From positions 2,356,001 through 2,420,000 of the forward strand of contig OX337237.1 in NCBI GenBank assembly GCA_946965045.2: 64,000 nucleotides of DNA, read 5' to 3'. How positions within the stretch are numbered: position 1 is the first letter of the stretch; every line of letters begins with the position of its first letter. Under the pieces are notes generated by a model. The model was given only the letters and a program-made list of their open reading frames with translations. It was not told the DNA's origin and searched no databases. Shown here piece after piece: positions 1-10,716 of the stretch. The DNA comes from Epithemia pelagica. Taxonomy: Eukaryota > Protista > Bacillariophyta. The translations under genes and the position numbers were made by a program.

Positions 1-26
1 TGCAGTTTTATCACTCGTGTCATCAC

Positions 27-761
27 GTGCATTCTGCTTCCTTATCCTCCACCTCTTCTTCAACATCATCGTCCTCGACATCTTCGTCATCGACATCATC
101 GCACGGCAGTAATGACGATGACCACAATGATGATCACCCTCATCACAAACGAACTTGGCGCGAACGTTACAAGGAAGGGACGGCATCAGTGCGTGCTCAA
201 GCAAAACATTTGCGAGAAAATGCACAAGCCTCCTTGACGGAATTCCGGGAGCATCCTGGAGAATCGGTCAAGGAAGGTGCCAAAAGCTTTTCGGGTATGA
301 TGAAAGCTTATGGACCCGTCTTTGCAGGCGTCCATGTGAGCTTGTACTTTGCCACCATTGCCGGCTTGTTTGTGGGTGTCGATTCGGGCTTGCTCGATCC
401 AGTCTACCTCATCAATCTGTTGGGGAATGCCGATACTTCCGCCACTGGTGTGGCCACGGAAACAAAAAATACTGTCGATGTCGTGGTTGAATGGATGCAA
501 GCGCACACGTGGACCCAAGGCCTGGCGCCTGTCATTGAACGGAATCCTCATTTTGCCAGTTTCGCTGTGGCATGGATTACGGTCAAATTTACCGAACCAA
601 TACGATTACCCATTTCCCTCTTTTTGACTCCACGTTTGGCCAGATACTTGGGCATCAAAGCCAAGTCCGAGACTCCTAGTGACGAGAAGAATGAGGATAC
701 AACGGCGGCCGCCAAGGACTCTATAGAGACGGACGAAAAGTCAAATTCCTCCACAAAATAG
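27..761 (+). CDS. FAM210/DUF1279-like membrane protein (probably 5'-partial; frame is open to the window edge)
   Basis: ORF contains 'MMKAYGPVFAGVHVSLYFATIAGLFVGVDSG' and 'FAVAWITVKFTEPIRLPISLFLTP', typical of DUF1279/FAM210; Ser-rich N-terminus. Confidence 0.7.
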   Translation: MHSASLSSTSSSTSSSSTSSSSTSSHGSNDDDHNDDHPHHKRTWRERYKEGTASVRAQAKHLRENAQASLTEFREHPGESVKEGAKSFSGMMKAYGPVFAGVHVSLYFATIAGLFVGVDSGLLDPVYLINLLGNADTSATGVATETKNTVDVVVEWMQAHTWTQGLAPVIERNPHFASFAVAWITVKFTEPIRLPISLFLTPRLARYLGIKAKSETPSDEKNEDTTAAAKDSIETDEKSNSSTK

Positions 762-1314
762 AGAAAACAAACGATTCAGACCTCCATTCATTATCTCGTT
801 GTTTTGCGACATACATTGACAACTACACTTGGTGTTTTCTGATGATTTTCTTACATCTCTTGTACAGGATAGGGTCTCAACCACACAATAATCTTCCCTT
901 TCTTTTGACACGCTTCCCAACCACAAACATATACACCCTGAAACTCCAAATATTCACATATGTGCGGAATCTGTTTTCCGCTCACTTGTCACTGAAAACT
1001 GAAATACAAGATATTTAATAGAAATTTTTTTCATCCGCGTAGAGCTTGCTCGAGGAAATTTTGGAACACTTGCGTCACCATTTCATTGTGCGCTGGTTCT
1101 ACGAGAGTTGCAGAGCTGGGTAGAACCAAAGAAAACATTTTAACGACGATAATGTATTCTCTAGGTTTAGAGTGTTTTTGGTTCTAAATTGGAGCATTTG
1201 ACTTTAAAATGACCTCTCGTACAATGTGGAGAAATGTCCTGAAACGACAAGACTTTGAATTTAGAGAAAAGACCTCCCTCTAGGCTCTCTCTTGTTGTTC
1301 TTCTCCTGACATGT

Positions 1315-2934
1315 TTAGTTGGTGGCGACACCATTTCTCCTGGTACCGCGCGAAGCGGCTGATTTGCTTCGCGTAGTGGAGGCCGTAGATGCCCCTCTCG
1401 ACACGGATCGTCCCCGGTTGCTAGATGCTGTGGTTGTCGTCGTACCATTCTTTTTGCCGTTGGTAGAAGTAGCCTGTTGTTGCTTGGCCACCGATCGAGC
1501 GGTTTTGGTCGATTTGGTGCTTTTTTGTGAACCAATACTGTTGCGACGAGTGGCTGTGGTGGCCTTGGTCGATGCTGTGTTGCTGCTCGCATTGACTCCT
1601 CGCTTGACTGAGCCTGCCCGCGAGACAGAAGCCGATCGAGTGGATTTGGCATCTCCCGCTACCGATTTGATTTGCACTTGGCTTGTTTTCTTCTTTTTAC
1701 TTGAGCCGGCGCCGGATTTTTCCAACGCGTATTGACTGAATTGAGCCATGTCATAAATGGAGGATTGGGTCACTTCGGGAGAATGAGAAGTGAATAAATG
1801 CTGATCGTGAACTCCTCCCGATGTTATGTTGAAGGAAGCTTCGACACCAGCCTTCATGAGCTTAAAATGCATGGCAATGCCCATGTCGCGTAGCATATCC
1901 AACTGATAAACAATGACTTTTGTGGGAGGAAGGCCTTTGAGATCATTCTGAGAGGCACTCATGGGGAAGAGCGCTTTGGATGGTGCGGAATTAGTCTCGT
2001 CCTTCACCATGTTCACACAAGCATGCAAATAGCCTTCAGATATGTAATATCCATTGAATTCTTTCATGGAAGGATACTTTGGTCCACTAGCCACAGCTTC
2101 CGCCATGGGACAAATGGCATAGATGCCCGAAATCTTTTCGACCCATCCTTCCTTGTTGGCCTTGACGGCCGTCGCCAAGGCCAGCGAGGCACCGGTAGAG
2201 TTTCCAGCCAACATAACGGGTCCCTCTCGTATGCCAGTGATTTTTCCATTGGCGGCAGCTTGTGTGACGAGGGCGCAATCGTTCAAGGCGGCCGCATAAG
2301 ACTTGGATGCAATCGGAGCATGGTCCACCGCAATCACGATGCATTTGCCCAAGGCAGCAAGGCGGTACAAGTAATTTTTGTACACTACATCATTGAAGGA
2401 ACCTCCACCAAAGCCACCACCATGAATATACATGACAACTGGGGCGCCAAACAAATCTTTTTTCTTGAGAATAAGGACATTTACACCTTGCACCATGCGC
2501 TTGACGCTGTTCACCGAATCTTCGATATCTGTGGGAAGAGTGCCGCTCCATTGCCCTTGCATCACGAGCAAATCGGAGATATTGGTGTTCCACCAAGTGG
2601 CTGTCTGTTCTTTGGTCCAATTGGCCTCTGGATATTGCATATCCGGCCGAGCCGTAGCGACAATGGCTTCTTTTGTGGCCGCATACAAGCGGTCGTCGAC
2701 GGCCAAGGCCGACGCACTCTTGTTGGAAGAAGCGTTACCATTCTCCAAGGCTTTGGGCTGAAGAAATGCTTTAGCAAAATCGCTATCTTGGCCGAAGTGG
2801 CGCTCCAAGAACACGCTGATTGCAACAGAGATACAAAAGGAAGACATGAGATGACTAATAGATTCGCCGAGCACCAGCTCAATAAACAACATATGCGTCG
2901 GTCGTCCTAGCACACACCTGATTTCGTTACCCAT
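1315..2934 (-). CDS. Alpha/beta hydrolase, hormone-sensitive-lipase (GDXG) family; 2 exons (2934-2918, 2815-1315), ~505 aa
   Basis: HGGGF oxyanion motif, GNSTG nucleophile elbow, 'DMLRD' and 'VHDQH' Asp/His motifs. Removing the in-frame 102-bp GT-AG intron 2816-2917 gives the N-terminus MGNEISVFLER. Basic S/T/R-rich C-terminal tail. Confidence 0.85.
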   Translation of the reverse strand: MGNEIRCVLGRPTHMLFIELVLGESISHLMSSFCISVAISVFLERHFGQDSDFAKAFLQPKALENGNASSNKSASALAVDDRLYAATKEAIVATARPDMQYPEANWTKEQTATWWNTNISDLLVMQGQWSGTLPTDIEDSVNSVKRMVQGVNVLILKKKDLFGAPVVMYIHGGGFGGGSFNDVVYKNYLYRLAALGKCIVIAVDHAPIASKSYAAALNDCALVTQAAANGKITGIREGPVMLAGNSTGASLALATAVKANKEGWVEKISGIYAICPMAEAVASGPKYPSMKEFNGYYISEGYLHACVNMVKDETNSAPSKALFPMSASQNDLKGLPPTKVIVYQLDMLRDMGIAMHFKLMKAGVEASFNITSGGVHDQHLFTSHSPEVTQSSIYDMAQFSQYALEKSGAGSSKKKKTSQVQIKSVAGDAKSTRSASVSRAGSVKRGVNASSNTASTKATTATRRNSIGSQKSTKSTKTARSVAKQQQATSTNGKKNGTTTTTASSNRGRSVSRGASTASTTRSKSAASRGTRRNGVATN

Positions 2935-3732
2935 GGTCTATTGCAACAAATAATGTGTTTTCTCGAGATCCGAAGCTCTAAGTCCTTTCCAGTTGCAACA
3001 AACCAGAGAAGGCCAATAAAGGATGAATTGATATTTTTTTGGTTTGGTTCCGCGTTGATCTTCGCCTTGTTGAGAATGATAAAATAAGCTTTCGCAAAAA
3101 TCAATCCGATGTGCTTCGTCATCGATAAATACGATCGGTATTCCGACCATTCGTAGCCGTTTGTCGGTTAATAAGACGTTTAGGTGTGTTGTTCATAAGG
3201 ATCGGCTCGTGATTATCGCCGGGCCAGCACACGGCCAAATCTTCCGCGTGCTCCGAGCTCCTCTGTCCCACAAGATACGCACTTGACCGACGTCTTGCCT
3301 TCTGTCCATGAAGGGTGAAGGCAGTCACGTATCTTTTCGTACTACCTATCAGACAAAAGCGTAAAATGAATTATCTTCTTAAAATATTGCTTCCAATGGA
3401 TGTTTCGTTGACCGCTGGAGAGCGTATCTTGCTTTGAGTCCCGGGACCATCAGAATACCCAGAAGTTCGATTGAATACATCTACCGATAGGAATTGTGAT
3501 CTTTTCGGCGTGGAATTAAAAAACCTATCTTCCAAAAAATGTAAGTTTTTATATTGAATTACTCATATCTAAAGTCTCTCTCCGAGGAATAGAATCTCCA
3601 TCGATCCAGATCAGGTGATAAGTAGGATTCGTTCCTCGGGAGTGTGATGGAAGCATTCCCAATTCCCAATCCTTTCAGTTTTCATGTTCTGCAACCGAGC
3701 TGTAACAGGAGAAACAAACGGAGAGCCAAACA

Positions 3733-6700
3733 ATGTCGAGCTACGCTGACGGCCACTATGGTCGTGGCGGTGGTGGTGGGAACAATGACAATTATGACAA
3801 TCGTCCCAGAGGAAGAGACCGCTACCCAGGAAATGGAGGGAATTATGGGAGAGGTAAGAGTAAAGAAAAAAGACAAAAGATCCACGTTACCCGCAAAACC
3901 CGAAATGCCCCTGACTTGTGTAAGTTCTCTCTTAACTCAGGTGACTTCGAACGAGACCGGTCGAGAGATCACCGTGGTCCTGGGAATGCGCCTGGTTCAG
4001 TCATGGTGGAGGCTAATCTTTTCAAAGTGAAATTTCATCGGGAAGGAGCTCAAACGTTTTACAAGTACCATCTTCAGATGAATTACTCCCACAGACCACT
4101 CCTGAAGAATGAAGAAGGACAGCCCATGAAGGACGAGAACGGAAGGCGTTTGTATGGAGAACGAGAGATCGGAAAGTCAATCTTTGATGATCGCGACTTG
4201 TCGAAGGACACGCCGGAAGCACAGCGGAAACAAGAACGCCGGAACCGTTCCTCCCCCTTGTCTGAGCGGGTTATTCGAGGCCTTCAGCATGCCCTTCGCG
4301 AACAAGGAAGTAGCTTCCAGTTCGTTTCAGATGGATCGAGGAGTGCCTATTCTATCCATAAGCTTGAAGGATTGACGGAAGAACCGGATACCCGACCAGC
4401 GAGGAAGAAGAGATCGAATCAGAACAAGTCGCAAGCGGGTATTTATGGACCTGCGGATCAAGGAGGATCGGCGCCTGATCCGGAACAAAGTCCTATCATT
4501 AAACCATGGAGAATCTTTGATCCCATAAGGGTCCGCCGTGAGTGTGATGACGAAGAGGCGAAAGATGATCCTGATGCTCATAAGCGAAAGAACTTTGTAT
4601 GGATTCAGGTTAAAATGACCCTTGTTGGTAAAGTGGAGGCGACCGTTAATCAGGAAGGAAAGGTTGAGGAAGCTTTGAACGACCAAGACGCGTCTTTGGG
4701 TCAAGCAATCAATTTGTGCATGAACAACGCCATGCTCGGTCATATGATGGCACTCCAACGAGGTCCCAAGTTTTTCTACTTCAAAGAAGATCTTTTCTCT
4801 CACTTGACTCGTCAATGGGGATTCGACCCGCAGAGTATGCCTGTATATGGTATGCTTCAGAGCGCCAGAAAAACTGCGGATGGATCTTATCGCATTTTGG
4901 CAGACCTTGGACTAGGTAAGAAAGAGATCTGGACCGTTCAAACCACGAGGACCTTGTGTATTTAACGGCGCGTTCTTTTTGTCATTAGGGTGGAAGAGGC
5001 CTGAGTTCGACAGGAATGGGCCAATTCCCATCTTGGATCCTGCACGTGGGACGCTGGCCAACGTGCCCCTTGGACGTGGTAACATACGCGACGCTTTAAG
5101 TGAAGAGGTCCCACATGGAATGCGGCGAGAGGTCGCTACAGCCCTTAGCAAGCTCACTTTCCACATAAAGTATACGGTGGGAGAAGAGTGGATTAACATG
5201 ATGATGACAAAACCCATTAGAGGGATGGATGACACAACCTCTGACGCGGATAAGAGAAAAGAACTTTCCAAAAGGGCCAAACGAGTCTTCCGGAACAAAA
5301 AAATGATGAAGCCGGTAGATGGAAACCCAGAGACTAGTATTAGATGGGCTGCTGATGATCCGGAGATATATTCCTTTGATTATGATTACAAGGGAAAAGA
5401 TGGTCAGTTTGAAGGGCTTCGGCCAACTACAGTGTACGAGTATTTTCTCCGTCGACACTTCATTCGACTGAAGTACCCCAAGATGCCTCTCGTGCAGATA
5501 GGCCAAAAAGAATTTCTTCCTGTCGAACTCCTCTTTCAAGCTCAAGGTGCCGCCAAGATAATGCAAAAGGCCGATCAAGTCACCAGGTTCGCTCTTAGTT
5601 TCAACGATGAGTTTTCCTGCGGAAAAAGGATTCGTGCGATCACCGATCTCTACATGAGACCAGATATGCTTGGGAACGATAGCCAGGGTCCCATTGGAAA
5701 ACTACTACGCAGCGTTGGTATGTCCCTTGATCCCGCTCCATTGAAGCTTGAAGCGAAGGCTTTGAAACCTCCAAAGCTCGTATTTGCTAATAACCAGGTA
5801 GTAAGCAATCGCGATGGTTCCTGGAGCTTGCAAGAAAGAAGGCAAGATGTAGGATTCCACAAGTCGGCCACACTCCACTCTTTTGCTGTTGTCAATATGA
5901 GTGGCGACCGAGATAATGAAAGTCTTCCTCGAGTTGATGAAGTACTTCCTGCTAAGCTTTTTGGTGCCCTTTCCAGACATGGTGTCGATACTCCTTTAAT
6001 CTCCAATGGAGCTGATGCTGAATGGTGGTGGAAGAAAGTAGAGGTTGCGATGCATCCATCGAATCCAGAATTCCGCGAGGGATTCATTAGCGCAAAAGAA
6101 CGTGCGCGTAGAGCATTCATGGACGAAACTCTTGAGCACAATCTTTTTTTTCACACGCTGGCTCTCATTGACAATGGAAACGGGGAGAAGGTGTGCAAGG
6201 AAGTCGCAGTTTTCCCGCCAGACTTGGTGACGACACAATTCACGATTCCAAATGGCATGTACGGAGTCCTAGAATTTGAGCATATGAGAAACGAGAAGGC
6301 GTCTCATTATGCAGACATTGAAGGGCGATCTGTGGATGCGTGGCTGTGGTATCAGACCGAAGATTTGAAGTGTGTATGCGCTTTCAACGTCCAAATGAAA
6401 GGAGGACGTGTCCATATTTGGTGGAATAATTCGTGGCAACCGGTCAACGGGCGTTTGACACCAGTTTTTAAGGACGAACATAAAAGAATTCTTCCCCGTG
6501 ATCGAGTGCAGCTGCAGCAGGATATAATGCTGGACGGAGTGGAACGAAGAGTTGGGCATCTGGTTGACCTTCAGTCAATTGAATGTCCTTCTATCGTATT
6601 TGTCATTTTGCCACAGAAATCTGGATCCACAGATACCTATTATAAGAGTAAATTGATGTCATACCTGGAGTTGGGTGTCAACTGTAAGTGCCAACACCGA

Positions 6701-8275
6701 GAAGTCATTTTCTTTGTATGAATTGCTCACTTGTTGTTCAATTGATTCCAGCTCAAGTCATTGTCATGGAATCATTTACAAAACAAAAGCGAAAGGAACA
6801 GTATTGCTCAAACATTGCCTTGAAATTGAACACTAAACTGGCGACTCTCAAAGGCAAGCAATGTGCATGGTCCTGGGAACGATGCCATGAGAACGGCACG
6901 CCAGACAAGGCAAGACAATGGTTGGACGAGACCCCAACTTTGGTGATTGGTTTGGCAAAGTCGTCAGGTACGTGATAACCATTGCGCTATATTATCGAAA
7001 CAGAGCATGGAGATTCTTTAGTCTAACACAAGTGAAATGATACTTCAGGCCAAGGCCAGGGTGCGAAGATGATTGTGGTGGGTACAGCTTATGTTGCTGT
7101 TGGTGGTCAAATGTTCTGCTTTGAAAGCCGAGCCCAGGCCAAGTCAGCAGTAATTGATCCCACAATCGTAAAGAGGATTGTGAAAGTACGTGAATTGGAG
7201 GCATGAAATCCGAAGTTTGGATACATGTTCTCACAACTGTTAAACTTGTATTATCATGTCATTAGAACTTGGTCGTTCAGTTCTATCGTTGCAATGGTGT
7301 CCCTCCTGAACGGATTGTGGTCGTTCGGTCAGGTGAACACGATGGTCTTTTTAAAGGTACGACGAAATGCTTCAGATCTGAATGATGGCAAAGTCTTATC
7401 CAATTTCCCTTGCCGTGAATACAGAAATTATCGAGAAAGAAATCAGGGGCATTCGTCAAGGCTATCTTGAGGCGAAACCGGGTCAGAATGAGTGCGAACA
7501 CTGCGGAGGGGAGGTAGGCTGTCACCATTGTTGTCCATTGATAACGTTTTTGGTAGCTCAAGGAGGAGGTAGCACTCGCCATAACATCAAACTTGTTCCA
7601 CAACGTGGCAGCAACAATGGCGGGAAACCAAATCCAAATGTGCCTTCGGGAACATGTGTCGACGGTGAACAACTACTCATGCCCACCAATTTGGAGGTAA
7701 AACATCACGAGGACCAGATGCGGGAAAACTCGGCTGGAATGGACATGTACCATGCTACAAGTGAGCGCACATCTGACTTTTTCCTTGTCGCACACGGCGG
7801 TTTAAAGGGAACTTCAAACGGAGTCTATTATCGAGTGATTCTGAATGAGAATCGCGTGTTCCGAAAACAAGATTCCATGAACCCGCTTGACAGAGAAACT
7901 CTACAGCAGCTGATCTTCTCTTTGAGTTTTATTTATGGTAAGTCACCGAATGAACAGCGGGTCGGTTTAACATACTGAGTGTTGTTCTTAAGCTCATGAC
8001 TCATGATTACTTTGGTAGGAAAAGCCACGAAGTCTCCTCGTGATTCGGCTTTGATAAAATGCTCTGAGTTACTGGCCAACATTATTCACGGTATGATTGG
8101 CCATATGGACAGAGACCAGGAGAGCCGTTTTCTGGAACGGTGGATGACGGATGATAACGTGGAAGCGTTCGGTGATAGTCTTCTTCCCGCATTTGGTCCG
8201 TACGCTTCCGATATCATTGATGAAGAACAGCAGATCCGTCTCAAAGATGCTTTCCGCCCCCACACTCTTTCGTAA
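3733..8275 (+). CDS. AGO: Argonaute protein, divergent and predicted slicer-inactive; exons 3733-4915, 4989-6683, 6752-6967, 7049-7185, 7266-7356, 7425-7937, 8019-8275 (4092 nt, 1363 aa)
   Basis: Gly/Arg-rich N-terminus; N-domain 'VMVEANLFKV'; PAZ 'TVYEYFLRRHFIRLKYPKMPLVQIGQKEFLPVELL'; L2 'LEAKALKPPKLVF...DGSWSL'; MID 'IVFVILP...YYKSK...GVNSQVI...NIALKLNTKL'; PIWI 'QFYRCNGVPPERIVVVRSG', 'PSGTCVD', 'FFLVAHGGLKGTS..VYYRVILNEN', 'LQQLIFSLSFIYGKATKS'. All six introns are GT-AG (68-81 bp) and splice phases close consistently. Confidence 0.93.
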
Positions 8276-8926
8276 AATGATAGTTTTCGACAACAGTTCT
8301 CAGGCTGTGACTGAAGGTTTTCTTTGTTTCGACGAAAAGGGACGACTTGAATTCTCACTGACCTTGTTAGGGAACTGTTTTGTTCCATTTATTTGACTAC
8401 ATCTCTGTGAATACGACAAAACGTGACCAAAAAGCTTTATTAGTTTTCTTCAAGTTACTCGTTACGTAACCAAACCAATTATGCATGTACTTTCGGAGAC
8501 AATGCGTGAATTACAACTACGTAATGCCCTACGGGTATAGTTTACGGTTTCTTGTTGAGGAACCACCAACGATTGTTTCTGAACATCCATGTGACCTGAG
8601 AAATTTCAACTCAACTTTTCTAGCTCGGTGCTCATGATCACAATGGGACAAGGCGTACCCAGCAAGTGATGAACGAGTCTTCCAACAAGTAAATCCGCAA
8701 ATCTTTCTCCTCCACACACCACGGTCGAAATTGTACATCATGCGAAATCGGCCGAGCATGACCAGGCACTGAGGTGTGTCCAATGTGCCTTGAATGGGCA
8801 ATTGGTCAGAAAAGAGTCAAAAGATTATAACTGCCGGGATCGTTTCAAAAATGTTGTTGAAAGGGTGTGTAAGAGGCGATGGCCCTGCGATTATTTGTAC
8901 CGTGCAAAGTGGTCAAACGTCGTCTT

Positions 8927-10240
8927 TCACCTTCGCGAAATCAAGATATGCTCTCGATGGAGGTCAAGGCATTCAGGATTCGTGCAAATGGGAATCCGGC
9001 AGACTTTGCACAATTTGGATGTTTTGGTTTTGACTTGTGTGGTTGTCTTGCAGAGCTGACAAAGTTTACGCTTCTTTCTTGGTTTGAGATTGCCATTCTT
9101 TTCTGTCAAATCAGTCTCAACTAATCGGTGTCGTCGTAGGTGTTTCTCTTTGTACTGGAGAAGTAGATTGCGAAGTTCAACGTAATGCTGAGGTGTTTCC
9201 AACAATTTGGCAACATCTTCTACCAACGGTCGAAGATGTGCATAGGCCTCGCCCCGACAAAGCATTTCGTGGACGCGTTGTTCCTCCATGGGGTCTAACG
9301 GGTGTTGTTGCACTTGCCTGGCCAAATCGTTGAGCCCTATGGTGTCGTCGTTGTCGTCCGCCTCCTCATCTTCTTCGTCTCCTGCCTCCAACCGAACGTG
9401 GCCTCGGTGCCAACCATGTCCTGGACCAAACTCTTTTAAGAACCATCGCGAATGAACTCGATCCCAATAAACCAAAAACCGAAACAGACAGCCGCAACTG
9501 GAACCATTTATACTCTTTGTCTGTGAATGAAACAGGAGTGTTCAGGATTTCCATCAGTAAACCAATACTTGTTTCGTTGTTCGTTCGGAGAGTGTGTGGT
9601 CGACACATACCTGAAATTTGAGATTGTGTACGCATCGAAATATGATTTTATACTCCGCCTTTTCCCATCCCATGGATATTTGAAATCCAGCACGTTGGCA
9701 GGGCTTCTTGAAAAGTGGCGCAATATGTTGCCGACGGAAGTCGTCCGTATTTTGATTGTACCAGGAAGGAAGGTACAATTTCCTTCCTTCGTTGCCATGC
9801 GACCATTTTCCGATGGAGGACATGATATTGAACTGAATCAACGTGTCATCGTGAAGCGACGTGGCGATAGGAATGGAAATTTCTTCGACTTCCCAACAGT
9901 GATCGGCTGGTATGACTGCGACAGCTGTTGTCGTTGTTGGTGGATCACCACCACCTGGTTGCAATGACGGCGAATCAAAGGACAACTCGGTGTAATCGTT
10001 TTCCTGCTCCTCCTCATCTTCATTATTTTCATTGTATCCAGTACAATCATTGTTTCTTGGATGATATTTTTCTTCCTCATTGTGCTGGCCTTCTTGTTGC
10101 GTCGTGGAGAAATTGTCATGGTCGCTTTTGTCCTGTCCAGAGCTATGATTTCTCGTCTCGAAATTCTGGAATCCTCTTTTCTTCTTGGTGCATAAACTGG
10201 CTGAATCTATGGTGCTGCATATCAATGCAGCGGGATCCAT
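8927..10240 (-). CDS. Transposase-derived DNA-binding protein: FAR1/MULE-type (WRKY-GCM1-like) Zn domain plus C-terminal piggyBac-like Cys-rich domain, no DDE core; exons 10240-9611 and 9520-8927 (~407 aa)
   Basis: A phase-0 90-bp intron (GTATGT...CACAG, 9521-9610) joins two ORFs into 'IIFRCVHNLKFQ|TKSINGSSCGCLFRFLVYWDRVHSRWFLKEFGPGHGWHRGH' (C..C..H..H pattern). The C-terminus is 'KPRKKRKLCQLC-x11-CKVC-x4-C-x4-C-x3-H'. Confidence 0.6.
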
Positions 10241-10716
10241 GCTTTTGCAAAGCTTGGAGTTCTACCTCAGTTCCTTTCGTTTGTCATCATTGTGCAGTCC
10301 AATGCTGCGAAACGCAGAAATCTGATCCATGTAGCCCCCTCTTCCTCCTGTCCCCGCCCCCTGGAAAAGGGTGCGCTGATCGCCATTTTTCCTCTCTCTG
10401 GGGGTGCGGATGCGGACGCCGTTTGTTTTTGGTTGCCCCTGGATCTTTGTTGTGTTGTGTAATGCAAAATGATAAGTGCGAGAATCCGATTGGTGCATCA
10501 TTCTCTATATCGTTGCTTCCTTCCAGTCTGCACCAATCAAGCTTAGAAAGATGAGGTTGAGCACCAGCCTATGAACCCTCTACCAGTGGTTGTACGAGCT
10601 TGGTATCTTCAGGTCACATCGGACCATGAGCTTCCATTCGCTGGAACGATTAGAATGGCAATGAGTGCGTTTGCGGGATGGGTTGAGACCAACTTGGTCG
10701 ATTTTGCGAGAGGTCA

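Noticed and set aside
1094-1128. 9-bp stem TGGTTCTAC/GTAGAACCA between convergent genes
   Set aside because: Short enough to occur by chance; no supporting context.
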